DNA of 64,000 nucleotides from an uncultured Eubacteriales bacterium (GTDB lineage: Bacteria > Bacillota > Clostridia > Oscillospirales > CAG-272): the NCBI GenBank assembly GCA_934503195.1, contig CAKSVM010000002.1, positions 850 through 64,849 of the forward strand. Reading direction: 5' to 3'. The translations under genes and the position numbers were made by a program. Positions 53,475-62,657 of the stretch are shown here, piece by piece (position 1 is the first letter of the stretch; every line of letters begins with the position of its first letter). The notes beneath the pieces are model-generated. The model searched no databases and was not told the origin of the DNA. It saw only the letters and a program-made list of their open reading frames with translations.

Positions 53475-55063
53475 TGAAGCTTCGTCCATATCAGGAGGAG
53501 GCGAAGAACGCGATCTTCGCTGAGTGGGCGGCAGGGCATCGGAGGACATTAGCTGTGATGCCGACCGGCACGGGAAAGACGATCCTCTTCGGCGGCGTGA
53601 CCGAGGATTGCGTAAAGATGGGTGAGCGGGTATTGATACTCGCTCACCGCGCCGAGCTCCTGACTCAGGCCGCCGACAAGATCGGTAAATTAACCGGACT
53701 CGGATGCGCTGTCGAAAAAGCCGAAGAATCCTGCCTTGGCTCATGGTTTCGCGTGGTAGTCGGCAGTGTCCAGACGCTCGGACGCGAAAAGCGGCTCGCG
53801 AATTTCCCGCCGGACTACTTCGACACGATAATAATCGACGAGGCGCATCACGCGATCTCGGATACCTACCGCGCCGTCATCGACCACTTCAAATCGGCGA
53901 AGCTCCTCGGCGTCACGGCGACTCCCGACCGCGGCGACATGAAGAATCTCGGCGAAATCTTCGACTCTCTGGCCTACGAATACACGCTTCCGAAGGCGAT
54001 CCGCGAAGGCTATCTTTCGCCGATCAAGGCGCAGACGATCCCGCTTTCGCTCGACATTTCGGGTGTCGGGATTCAGTCGGGCGACTACAAGCCGGGCGAA
54101 CTCGCGAACGCGCTCGAACCCTACCTCGGAAAGATCGCCGACGAGATGAAAAACTACTGCGAAAAACGCAAAACCGTCGTCTTTCTGCCGCTCGTCAAGA
54201 TCAGTCAGAGCTTCCGCGACGTGCTGATTTCGAAGGGCTTCAGAGCCGCCGAGGTCAACGGAAACTCCCCCGACCGCGAAGAGATACTCCGCGATTTCGA
54301 CGAGGGGAAATATGACATTTTGTGCAATTCGATGCTCCTCACCGAGGGGTGGGACTGTCCGAGCGTCGACTGCGTGGTCGTTTTAAGACCGACGAAAGTC
54401 CGCGGGCTCTACTGTCAGATGGTCGGACGCGGAACCCGTCTCTCGCCCGGCAAAAAAGAGCTTCTGATCCTCGATTTCCTCTGGCACACCGAGCGGCACG
54501 AACTCTGCCGACCCGCGAACCTGATCTGCGAGAATCCCGAAGTCGCGAAGAAAATGACTGAGAATCTGGAAAGGTCGGGTGTGATGGTCGACCTCGAAGA
54601 AGCCGAAAGAAAGGCGTCCGAAGACGTCGTGGCACAGCGCGAAGAGGCACTCGCAAAGCAGCTCGCCGAGATGCGGACGAGGAAGCGGAAGCTCGTCGAT
54701 CCGCTTCAGTTCGAACTCTCGATTCAGGCCGAGGATCTTTCGGGCTACGTGCCGTCGTTCGGCTGGGAAGCCGCTCCGGCGAGCGAAAAGCAGCTCGCGC
54801 TCCTCGAAAAGTACGGAATCTTCCCCGACTCGGTTCAGAACGCCGGGAAGGCTTCGAAGCTCCTCGACAGGCTCGCGAAACGCCGCGCCGAGGGTCTGAC
54901 GACGCCAAAGCAAATCAGATTTCTTGAATCCCGTGGATTTCTCCACGTCGGGACATGGGCGTTTGAGGACGCGAAACGAATGATCGACCGGATCGCCGCC
55001 AACGACTGGCGCGTGCCGTACGGAATCAACCCGGGGGAATATGTCCCTCAGAGAGGTGCTTAA
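53474..55063 (+). CDS. DEAD/DEAH-box (SF2) helicase
   Basis: Motif I MPTGTGKT, motif II IIIDEAHHAIS, motif III TATP, motif VI QMVGRGTR. Confidence 0.9.
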   Translation: MKLRPYQEEAKNAIFAEWAAGHRRTLAVMPTGTGKTILFGGVTEDCVKMGERVLILAHRAELLTQAADKIGKLTGLGCAVEKAEESCLGSWFRVVVGSVQTLGREKRLANFPPDYFDTIIIDEAHHAISDTYRAVIDHFKSAKLLGVTATPDRGDMKNLGEIFDSLAYEYTLPKAIREGYLSPIKAQTIPLSLDISGVGIQSGDYKPGELANALEPYLGKIADEMKNYCEKRKTVVFLPLVKISQSFRDVLISKGFRAAEVNGNSPDREEILRDFDEGKYDILCNSMLLTEGWDCPSVDCVVVLRPTKVRGLYCQMVGRGTRLSPGKKELLILDFLWHTERHELCRPANLICENPEVAKKMTENLERSGVMVDLEEAERKASEDVVAQREEALAKQLAEMRTRKRKLVDPLQFELSIQAEDLSGYVPSFGWEAAPASEKQLALLEKYGIFPDSVQNAGKASKLLDRLAKRRAEGLTTPKQIRFLESRGFLHVGTWAFEDAKRMIDRIAANDWRVPYGINPGEYVPQRGA

Positions 55064-55594
55064 ATGGATGATCTTACAGGAAAAAAATTCGGTAAGCTTT
55101 TAGTCTTAAAAAAATCAGAGCACAAAGCAGCTTCCGGGGCAATGTATGACTGCAAATGCGATTGTGGTAGCTTTTTGACTGTAGCCCGTTGTAGTCTCAC
55201 AAGCGGTCATACAAAAAGTTGCGGATGCACTACGAAAAAGTTCCTATCTTCGGAAAAGCCGTCTAAAACGCATGGTTTTTCGAAAGGAAAAGACGGGAAA
55301 TGCGAACGCCTATATCGAGTTTGGTTAGGGATGAGACAACGCTGTAATAATAGGCATTCAAACAGTTATAGTCGTTATGGTGGTCGTGGTATTCGTATTT
55401 GCGACGAATGGAATGACTATTCGACTTTTAGAGAATGGGCACTTCTGAACGGCTATGACGAAAAGGCACCACGAGGGAAATGCACTATAGATCGGATAGA
55501 CAACGATGGAATGTACTCTCCCCAAAATTGCCGTTTCGCAAATATGTCTCTTCAAAGGATGAACCAAGAAAGGAGTAAACATGGAAAAGAATGA
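55064..55594 (+). CDS. Low-GC free-standing HNH/homing-endonuclease-like DNA-binding protein
   Basis: Cys-rich N-terminus (CKCDCG...SCGC), then YRVWLGMRQRCNN...YGGRGIRICDEW...IDRIDNDGMYSPQNCRFA, recurrent in phage-borne nuclease-like genes. A sampled line has about 38% GC, versus about 60% in neighbours. Confidence 0.6.
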   Translation: MDDLTGKKFGKLLVLKKSEHKAASGAMYDCKCDCGSFLTVARCSLTSGHTKSCGCTTKKFLSSEKPSKTHGFSKGKDGKCERLYRVWLGMRQRCNNRHSNSYSRYGGRGIRICDEWNDYSTFREWALLNGYDEKAPRGKCTIDRIDNDGMYSPQNCRFANMSLQRMNQERSKHGKE

Positions 55595-57788
55595 CCTGCT
55601 ATCTATGCTTGATTATGTTGATCCGTCATTGGTCGACTATGCAGGATGGATCAATATAGGCATGGCACTTAAGCAAGAGGGCTGTTCCGTCGGGACGTGG
55701 GACGAGTGGTCGAAGCGCGACCCGAAGCGTTATCACGCCGGAGAGTGCGAGAAGAAGTGGCGAACCTTCAACGGCTCGGCAAACCCCGTAACTGGCGGCA
55801 CAATTTACGAATACGCCGTACAGCAGGGATGGTCTCCGGCAGTCAGCGGGCATGCTCTCGACTGGAACGACGCGATTGAAGCCGACTATGACGGTAATCT
55901 TAAAATCATCGACCAGAACTGGATTCAGGGCGAAGAGATCACCGAGCCGGTCAACTGGAACCCCGCAAGCGAACTTATCCGATACCTCGAAACGCTCTTC
56001 GAATCTACGGAGAACGTCGGATACGTCACAAGCTCATGGCAGAACGAAGACGGAAAATTCCTGCCGTCGAAAGGCTCATGCGACCGCACGGCGGGCGAGC
56101 TGATCGAAGCTCTGTCGAAGTGTCACGGCGATATCGGCGCGGTCTTGGGCGACTATAACCCCGAATGCGGCGCGTGGATACGCTTTAATCCCCTCGACGG
56201 CAACGGCGTGAAGGACGAGAACGTCACCGACTACCGCTACGCGCTCGTTGAGTCGGACAGCGTGCCGATTGAGAAACAGAACGCCATACTCCGGAAGCTA
56301 GAACTGCCGATCGCGATGCTCGTCTACTCCGGCGGAAAGTCGCTTCACGCCATCGTCAGAGTCGACGCCATAGACTACAGCGAGTACCGCAAGCGTGTCG
56401 ATTACCTTTTCGACGTCTGCGAAAAGAATGGTCTCCATCCGGACGGAGCGAACCGAAACCCATCACGACTATCCAGAATGCCTGGCGTCACGCGCGGCGG
56501 GAGAAAGCAGTTTATCGTCGCGTCGGGTATAGGCAAAAGAGACTTTGCGGAGTGGAAAGAATGGATTGAAGGCGTAAACGACGATCTTCCGGACGTCATG
56601 AACCTCTCCGAGGTGTGGGACAATCTGCCCGACCTCTCGCCCTGCCTGATCGACGGCGTGCTGAGGCAGGGACACAAAATGCTCCTCGCGGGTCCTTCCA
56701 AAGCGGGTAAGTCATTCGCTCTGATTGAGCTCTGCATTGCCATTGCCGAGGGGCGGCAGTGGTTCGGCTTCAACTGCGCGCGCGGGAAGGTCATGTATAT
56801 CAACCTCGAGCTCGACCGCGCGTCCTGCCTGCACCGCTTCAGGGACGTCTACAGCGCCCTTGGCTGGACGCCGGAGCACGTCGGGGACATTGATATATGG
56901 AATCTCCGCGGACGCTCTGTGCCGCTTGATTTGCTCGCTCCGCGGCTCATACGGCGCGCGAAGGAGGGCGGGTATATAGCGATAATCCTCGACCCGATCT
57001 ACAAGGTCATCACCGGCGACGAGAACGCCGCCGACCAGATGGCGAAGTTCTGCAATCAGTTTGATAAAATCGCGTCAGAACTCGGATGTGCCGTTATCTA
57101 CTGCCACCATCATTCGAAAGGTCAGCAAGGGCAGAAGCGGTCTATGGACAGAGCTTCCGGTTCAGGCGTCTTTGCCCGCGACCCCGACGCGCTGATAGAT
57201 ATGCTCGAACTCGATGTGCCGTATGACGTCCGGCGCGATCAGCTGACAAGAGCCTACAGGCACATCATGAACGAGCATCTGAAACGGCTCGGCATCCTTG
57301 CCGAGGTCAATCAGTGCGAGATCGGGGACATTGAACAGGTGCTGGCGTACGTAAGCAAACTGCCGCCGGAGGAGCAGAACGCGATCCGGGCGGAATTCGA
57401 AGCCGCCGACAAGCGCGAGTGGGCGAAAACAGCATGGAGAATTGAAGGGACTCTGAGAGAATTCGCGAGCTTCAAGCCGTTCAACGTGTGGTTTGACTAT
57501 CCGGTTCACAAGGCGGATTCCGAGGGGCTTCTCAAAGACGTCAAGCCCGAAAGCATGATGCCGGGAACGATCGAGTACGCGACACGCGCTCATGTCGGAA
57601 ACGGTGAGAAGCGCAAAAAAGAGCGCGACGATTCAATCGAAACCGCCTACGAAGCGTGTGCTATTAACGAAACGGTCACAATTAAAGACCTCGCCGAATA
57701 CCTCAGTGTGACCGAAAAAACCGTCCGCCGGAGGCTCGCCGAGCATGGCGATTTCTGGGTAGATAAGAACGAAGTAGGACGAAAGTAG
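55581..57788 (+). CDS. Phage primase/replicative helicase fusion (primase-like N-terminus, AAA_25/RepA-like P-loop, C-terminal HTH)
   Basis: 735 aa. Walker A LLAGPSKAGKSFALIEL and Walker B IAIILDPIYK. The N-terminal part resembles bifunctional primase-polymerase/PriCT regions. C-terminal VTIKDLAEYLSVTEKTVRRRL. Confidence 0.8.
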   Translation: MEKNDLLSMLDYVDPSLVDYAGWINIGMALKQEGCSVGTWDEWSKRDPKRYHAGECEKKWRTFNGSANPVTGGTIYEYAVQQGWSPAVSGHALDWNDAIEADYDGNLKIIDQNWIQGEEITEPVNWNPASELIRYLETLFESTENVGYVTSSWQNEDGKFLPSKGSCDRTAGELIEALSKCHGDIGAVLGDYNPECGAWIRFNPLDGNGVKDENVTDYRYALVESDSVPIEKQNAILRKLELPIAMLVYSGGKSLHAIVRVDAIDYSEYRKRVDYLFDVCEKNGLHPDGANRNPSRLSRMPGVTRGGRKQFIVASGIGKRDFAEWKEWIEGVNDDLPDVMNLSEVWDNLPDLSPCLIDGVLRQGHKMLLAGPSKAGKSFALIELCIAIAEGRQWFGFNCARGKVMYINLELDRASCLHRFRDVYSALGWTPEHVGDIDIWNLRGRSVPLDLLAPRLIRRAKEGGYIAIILDPIYKVITGDENAADQMAKFCNQFDKIASELGCAVIYCHHHSKGQQGQKRSMDRASGSGVFARDPDALIDMLELDVPYDVRRDQLTRAYRHIMNEHLKRLGILAEVNQCEIGDIEQVLAYVSKLPPEEQNAIRAEFEAADKREWAKTAWRIEGTLREFASFKPFNVWFDYPVHKADSEGLLKDVKPESMMPGTIEYATRAHVGNGEKRKKERDDSIETAYEACAINETVTIKDLAEYLSVTEKTVRRRLAEHGDFWVDKNEVGRK

Positions 57789-58010
57789 AGGGACAAAAAG
57801 GCGTTATTGTCCTTCATGTCTCACAGGGACAAAAAGGCGTTATTGTCCCGCGCGGACAGGGACAAAAAGGGTATATATATGTGTGTGTCCCTGTCCCTGA
57901 TGTCCCTGACTTTCCGTCGCCGGGTCTTGGGGGAACAAAGTGGTTAAAAACCACCACTTTGTCCCCTGCCCAAGACCTGCGAAATTTTGATTGATTTTGA
58001 TTTTACTTTA
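57789..58010. repeat. Iteron/inverted-repeat cluster, putative phage origin of replication
   Basis: AGGGACAAAAAGGCGTTATTGTCC occurs twice (57789-57812, 57825-57848), plus a partial copy at 57858-57872. An alternating TATATATATGTGTGTG tract follows. There are three inverted GTCCCT copies (57887-57907), a long imperfect hairpin at 57922-57978, and an AT-rich TTTTGA repeat. Confidence 0.65.
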
Positions 58011-58014
58011 AGAG

Positions 58015-58428
58015 GTGAACTTGTTGAAATATGAATTCTTTATGAATATGACGCCGCCGACTGTGACGCACCAAGAGAAGCGCGTGACAGTGAAGAATGG
58101 CAAGCCGATCTTCTTCGAGGACACGGCTTTGAAGAACGCGAGAGCTTCGTTCATGGCGAATCTCGCGAGGTTTCACCCGGCTGAACCGATGAGGGGCGCG
58201 GTCAGGCTTCTCACGAAATGGTGCTTCGCCGGGAAGACGAAAGAGCCGAGGTACAAGACGACGAAGCCCGACACGGACAATATGATCAAGCTTTTGAAAG
58301 ACTGCATGACGCGGTCGGGATTCTGGGCGGACGACGCGCAGGTGGCTTGCGAGGTGACGGAGAAATTCGTCGTGCCGAATCGGCCGGGAATTTATGTGTA
58401 TGTGGAGGAATTAACAAATGACGACTGA
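58015..58428 (+). CDS. RusA family Holliday-junction resolvase
   Basis: KPDTDNMIKLLKDCMTRSGFWADDAQV matches the RusA catalytic Asp cluster. The start is uncertain (GTG 58015, TTG 58021/58024, ATG 58042). Confidence 0.8.
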   Translation: MNLLKYEFFMNMTPPTVTHQEKRVTVKNGKPIFFEDTALKNARASFMANLARFHPAEPMRGAVRLLTKWCFAGKTKEPRYKTTKPDTDNMIKLLKDCMTRSGFWADDAQVACEVTEKFVVPNRPGIYVYVEELTNDD

Positions 58429-58684
58429 CAGAAAAGAACAGCTCTGCGGCCTTGCCGAGAAGGCGGCAGTTGCACCAACCGTTGCACCAACTGATACACC
58501 AACCGCGGTCGTGAAGACACGGCAGGAAAGGTTCCTCGAATTGTTCCCGCGCGCCGCTATGCGCAGGGGTGTGCTTGATATATGCCCGGAGAAAGTAGAT
58601 ACGCAGCGTAACTACTGCGCAGATTTCGATGGCTGCCTTGACTGCCAGAGGGAATACTGGCTCGCGGCTGAGAAGGAGGACTGA
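58418..58684 (+). CDS. Phage hypothetical protein
   Basis: 88-aa ORF overlapping the rusA end by 11 nt. Confidence 0.5.
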   Translation: MTTDRKEQLCGLAEKAAVAPTVAPTDTPTAVVKTRQERFLELFPRAAMRRGVLDICPEKVDTQRNYCADFDGCLDCQREYWLAAEKED

Positions 58685-58687
58685 TGA

Positions 58688-59143
58688 ATGAGCGGTTACA
58701 CCAAATGGACGAGTGGAATGGTTCAGCGGATCATCAGGCTTCGCGAAAAGGGGCTTTCGTCGCGCGAGATCGCCGACATCATGGGGCTTTCTCCGGCGGC
58801 GGTCAGGGCGCGCGTTCAGTGTCTGATCGACACTGGCGAGATAGCTGAGCAGAAGCGTATCGGCTCGGTGGTAAAGTACGTCGACAAAGGCGCGACAGGA
58901 AGCAAGATCGGACGGCTGATCGGCCACATACATGACTGGCTGTGGACGCATCCGGATTCGGAATTCGCGCTGAGAACTACACCCGAGGGCAGGTACTTCA
59001 GCATGACGTTTTACGATGGCGGCGTCCATTACGCGCAGGTCGGCGACGACAAATACTGGTCGCAGTTTCAGCCCTGCACTGAGGAGAATCTTCGGATTCT
59101 GCTCGCGGCACTGCGGGCGATTGAGAAGGAGGCGGCAGAATGA
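58688..59143 (+). CDS. Phage HTH DNA-binding protein
   Basis: N-terminal IIRLREKGLSSREIADIMGLSPAAVRARV resembles a sigma-70 region 4 / LuxR-type HTH. Confidence 0.6.
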   Translation: MSGYTKWTSGMVQRIIRLREKGLSSREIADIMGLSPAAVRARVQCLIDTGEIAEQKRIGSVVKYVDKGATGSKIGRLIGHIHDWLWTHPDSEFALRTTPEGRYFSMTFYDGGVHYAQVGDDKYWSQFQPCTEENLRILLAALRAIEKEAAE

Positions 59144-59481
59144 TTGACGAGTCAACCCGGAAGAAAATCGAAGCCTATATCCCGTCGCCGCGGGACACGT
59201 CGCTGAAATTCAGCGAGTACTACGTCAACGACGCGGGCGGCAGGGTTCAGAAGGGACGCGTGACCGACATCATCGGTTTAGCGGGCGACGAGAAGACGCG
59301 ATACATTCTTCGCAACAATCGCGGACGAATCAAAGGTCCGTGGAAGTACGATTCGTTTCTGAAAGCCGAGATGTACGACAACGCGGAGGACTGCAAGGCA
59401 CGCAATCATGGCGCGTGCGACTACTGGGAGACGCTTCGCGAAATACAGGAGAAAGGGGAATCAGACAATGCTGAAAGCTGA
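59140..59481 (+). CDS. Phage hypothetical protein
   Basis: 113-aa ORF with a 4-nt overlap to the upstream gene. Confidence 0.55.
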   Translation: MIDESTRKKIEAYIPSPRDTSLKFSEYYVNDAGGRVQKGRVTDIIGLAGDEKTRYILRNNRGRIKGPWKYDSFLKAEMYDNAEDCKARNHGACDYWETLREIQEKGESDNAES

Positions 59482-59674
59482 AATCGACGCGAAGACAGAG
59501 ACAGCGAAGATTCAGGCGACCGGAAGCCTCGGCGACGTTTATGTCGAGTGCGTTTACCTGATCAGGGCTATCGCCGACGAGATCGCCGACACCGATACGA
59601 AATACCTGTTCTACAAGGACATATTGCAGTCGGTCGTGACGGAAATGAAGAAGATCGAGAACAAGGAGGGATAA
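59468..59674 (+). CDS. Phage hypothetical protein
   Basis: Start MLKAEIDAK at the ATG at 59468. 68 aa. Confidence 0.5.
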   Translation: MLKAEIDAKTETAKIQATGSLGDVYVECVYLIRAIADEIADTDTKYLFYKDILQSVVTEMKKIENKEG

Positions 59675-59676
59675 AA

Positions 59677-59928
59677 ATGCCGGTAAGTCAGGAAGAATGC
59701 CGTCTGCTCGCGGCTTTCGGAAAGCTTGATAATGAGAAGCGGAAGATCGTCCTCGCGTTTGCGAGACTTCTCGCGAACGGACTTGAACCGAACGTCACCT
59801 GTGGGGCTTGCGAGGAACACGAGGAGATTCCGGGAAAGCTGAACGAGATTTACTGTCGGATGTTTGACACCATAAGAAAGCGTAGCGACTTTTGCAACGT
59901 CAGTATCAGAGGTGATCACAATGCCTGA
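59677..59928 (+). CDS. Phage hypothetical protein
   Basis: Start MPVSQEECRLL after a GGAGGG RBS. 83 aa. Confidence 0.55.
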   Translation: MPVSQEECRLLAAFGKLDNEKRKIVLAFARLLANGLEPNVTCGACEEHEEIPGKLNEIYCRMFDTIRKRSDFCNVSIRGDHNA

Positions 59929-60265
59929 ATACCTCAGCGCGGACGTTCTCCGCGCGTACCTTACGAAAAGCATGGGAAAGTTCGACAAGGCGGTGGCGGC
60001 GCGCCGGATAAAGCCGAATACCGCGACGCTGGCACACAGTATGCTTAAAGGCATCAATGACGCGATCGGCGGCAGATTCCTGCCGCTTGCCGCGGATGCC
60101 GTTCATGTCGTGCGGTGTAATGACTGCAAATTCGCGTCACGCCGCGCGGCGAGCGTCTATCCGGTCGTCGAGTGTATGAGACCGGACGTCGGATATGGCG
60201 CGGTGCGCGAGCTTGACGATTATTGCAGTTATGGCGAGAGGAGGGAGGACGAAAATGCCAATTAA
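59921..60265 (+). CDS. Phage hypothetical protein
   Basis: MPEYLSADVLRAYL... 114 aa. Cys-rich C-terminus. Confidence 0.55.
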   Translation: MPEYLSADVLRAYLTKSMGKFDKAVAARRIKPNTATLAHSMLKGINDAIGGRFLPLAADAVHVVRCNDCKFASRRAASVYPVVECMRPDVGYGAVRELDDYCSYGERREDENAN

Positions 60266-60458
60266 AATTATCAAGCCCGGCAGAGAACTGAAGGACAAAC
60301 GCGGCCCGATTCGTTTCGAATGCCCACGGTGTGGCTGTATATTCGAAGTGGATACGAATGAAGTGGGGGCTTACCGCCGTATATGGGATTTCCCGGAATA
60401 TTTCGCGGCTTGCCCGAACTGTAACATCCTGTGCTATTCGGCGGGTGACAAGAAATGA
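60255..60458 (+). CDS. Small zinc-ribbon protein
   Basis: MPIKIIKPG... with CPRCG...CPNCN. GGAGGA RBS. Confidence 0.55.
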   Translation: MPIKIIKPGRELKDKRGPIRFECPRCGCIFEVDTNEVGAYRRIWDFPEYFAACPNCNILCYSAGDKK

Positions 60459-60847
60459 CCCGGCGCGAGCTCTCGCAGGTCTACCATCTGCGAAAAGAGA
60501 TCGAGGAAGACCGCGCCCGGCTTCACAGGCTCGAAGCGGCGGCAACGTCGGCTTCGCCTTCAAACGGCGGTTCAGGCGGCTCGGGAATCCCGACCGACCG
60601 CACGGCAATTGCCGCGAGTATCGCTGACCTCCGCGCTCAGATCGCCGACAAGGTTGAGCGGGAACACCGCGAGCTGATCCGGCTGATGGACTACATCGAC
60701 ACGATCAGCGACGCGCTGACGAGGCGTATATTCAAGCTCAGATTCGCCGACGGGCTTTCATGGGCGGCAATCGCGAATCGAATCGGCGGCGGGAATACGC
60801 CCGACATGGCGCGCCAGAGGTGCTACAGATATTTGCGCGATAATTAA
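60455..60847 (+). CDS. Sigma-70 region-4-like late transcription regulator (DUF1492/ArpU-like)
   Basis: The C-terminal RIFKLRFADGLSWAAIANRIGGGNTPDMARQRCYRYL resembles a sigma region 4 HTH. It is the last gene before the packaging genes. Confidence 0.65.
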   Translation: MTRRELSQVYHLRKEIEEDRARLHRLEAAATSASPSNGGSGGSGIPTDRTAIAASIADLRAQIADKVEREHRELIRLMDYIDTISDALTRRIFKLRFADGLSWAAIANRIGGGNTPDMARQRCYRYLRDN

Positions 60848-60850
60848 ACC

Positions 60851-60884
60851 TGTCACACCTTGTCACGGTTTTATGTGCTATAAT
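60851..60884 (+). promoter_or_regulatory. Putative late promoter: extended -10 without a -35, preceded by direct TGTCAC repeats
   Basis: TGTCAC at 60851-60856 and 60861-60866. TGCTATAAT at 60876-60884. No TTGACA-like hexamer at 17 nt. Confidence 0.45.
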
Positions 60885-61045
60885 GGTATCATCGGGAGAC
60901 TGCAAATAAGCGGTCTTCCGATTTACTATGCGCGTACACTCCTTCGCGGCATAGGAAAGGGTACAGGGAAAAAAACGCGCTGTATATCGCAGTGGTGGGG
61001 GCGGGCGCGAACTAATTTTTCAGAAAGGAAGGCGGGTGAAACCGG

Positions 61046-61468
61046 ATGACGAACAAACAGAAACGCTTCTGCGAGGAATACCTCGTGGACCTCAACGCGA
61101 CGCAAGCCGCGCTGAGGACAGGATACTCTGAAAAAACCGCCGCGAGCATAGCGAGCGAGAACCTACAGAAACCTGAGATACTGGGATATATTGCCAAATT
61201 ACGCGTTGAGCAATCGAAGCGTACCGGTATAACCGCCGATAAGGTCCTTGAAGAGCTGTCGAAGGTGGCGTTCTTCCCCGCGGAGGAATGCGAGCTCAAA
61301 GCGTCGGACAAGCTCCGCGCGCTGGAACTGATCGGCAAGCATATCGGAATGTTCAAGTCCGACGATTCGGCCGATACGCCCGCGCTTGAAAAGCTCGACA
61401 AGATTCTAGCCGAGGTGAAATCAGATGCTGACCGCGAAGCAAAAGCAGTACATCGCCGAGGCAAGTAA
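61046..61468 (+). CDS. Terminase small subunit
   Basis: MTNKQKRFCEEYLVDLNATQAALRTGYSEKTAASIASENLQKPEI matches Terminase_2-type TerS. Confidence 0.88.
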   Translation: MTNKQKRFCEEYLVDLNATQAALRTGYSEKTAASIASENLQKPEILGYIAKLRVEQSKRTGITADKVLEELSKVAFFPAEECELKASDKLRALELIGKHIGMFKSDDSADTPALEKLDKILAEVKSDADREAKAVHRRGK

Positions 61469-62655
61469 GCGGTGGAACTTCAAGTCCGGCGCGGTCAGAT
61501 CGGGCAAGTCCTATGTGGACGTCACGGCGGTTATTCCGATGCGGATTCGCGAACGGATAGGCAAGGACGGCTTATGTTTCATCGTCGGCGTCAGCAAGGA
61601 GACCATCGAACGAAACGTTCTACAGCCGATGCGCGAGCGATACACGTCGGCGGTTGTCGGGACGATCAACTCGCGAAATATCGCCCGTGTCTGCGGCGAG
61701 GACGTCTATTGTCTCGGAGCTGAAAAGGTCTCGCAGGTGGCGAAGATTCAGGGCGCGAGCGCGAAATACGTTTACGGCGACGAGGTGGCGAAGTGGCACG
61801 AAGACGTCTTCAATATGCTGAAATCGCGTCTTGACAAGCCGTACTCCTGCTTTGACGGCTCGCTGAACCCCGAGCATCCGACGCACTGGCTGAAGAAGTT
61901 CCTCGATTCAGACGCTGACATATACTGCCAGCAGTACACGATTTTCGACAACACGTTCCTCTCGCCGGAGTTCGTGAAGAACCTCTGCAAAGAGTACGAG
62001 GGGACGATTTACTATGACCGCCTGATACTCGGCGAATGGGTGCGGGCTGAGGGCGCGATTTACCGACGTTTCGCCGACGATCCGGCGAAATTCCTGCTGA
62101 CCGGAATTCCGACGCAGAAGGAGATTTCGGAAATCGTCATCGGAGTCGACTTCGGCGGCACAAAGTCAGGACACGCGTTTGTCGCGACCGCGAAGATTCA
62201 CGGCTACGAGAAGCTGATCGCGCTCGCGTCTGAGCGGCATTTCGGCGAGTACGAGCCGCGGGACATCGACGAGCTCGCGGTCAAGTTCGCGAACAGGGTT
62301 GCCGCGAAATACGGCGCGATTGATTACATTTACTGGGACAATGCCGAGAGCGTTCTCGGCAGAGGTCTCAAACACGCTTTCGATCGCGAAATGCCGTCGG
62401 TCATCGTTCGTCCGGCAATCAAGACGCGCGTCAACGACCGCATAGCCGCCACACAGCGTCTTATGGGCACGGGAAGGTTTTCTGTATACCCCTGACTGTG
62501 AGACGCTCAGAACGGCTCTCTGCGAGGCTGTATGGGACTCTGACGCGAAGGGCGACGAAAGACTCGATGACGGATCATCCGATATTGACTCGCTCGACGC
62601 CTTCGAATACACCTTCGAGCGCGACATAAAACGCTTCATAAATTACGAGGTTTAA
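61425..62655 (+). pseudogene. Terminase large subunit (PBSX-type) with a +1 frame break near 62489-62492
   Basis: Walker A GAVRSGKS. The ORF stops at 62495 (..GRFSVYP*). The next frame continues PDCETLRTALCEAVWDSDAKGDERLDDGSSDIDSLDAFEYTFERDIKRFINYEV* to 62655, which is the usual TerL nuclease C-terminus. That frame is open only from 62446. Confidence 0.8.
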
Positions 62656-62657
62656 CG

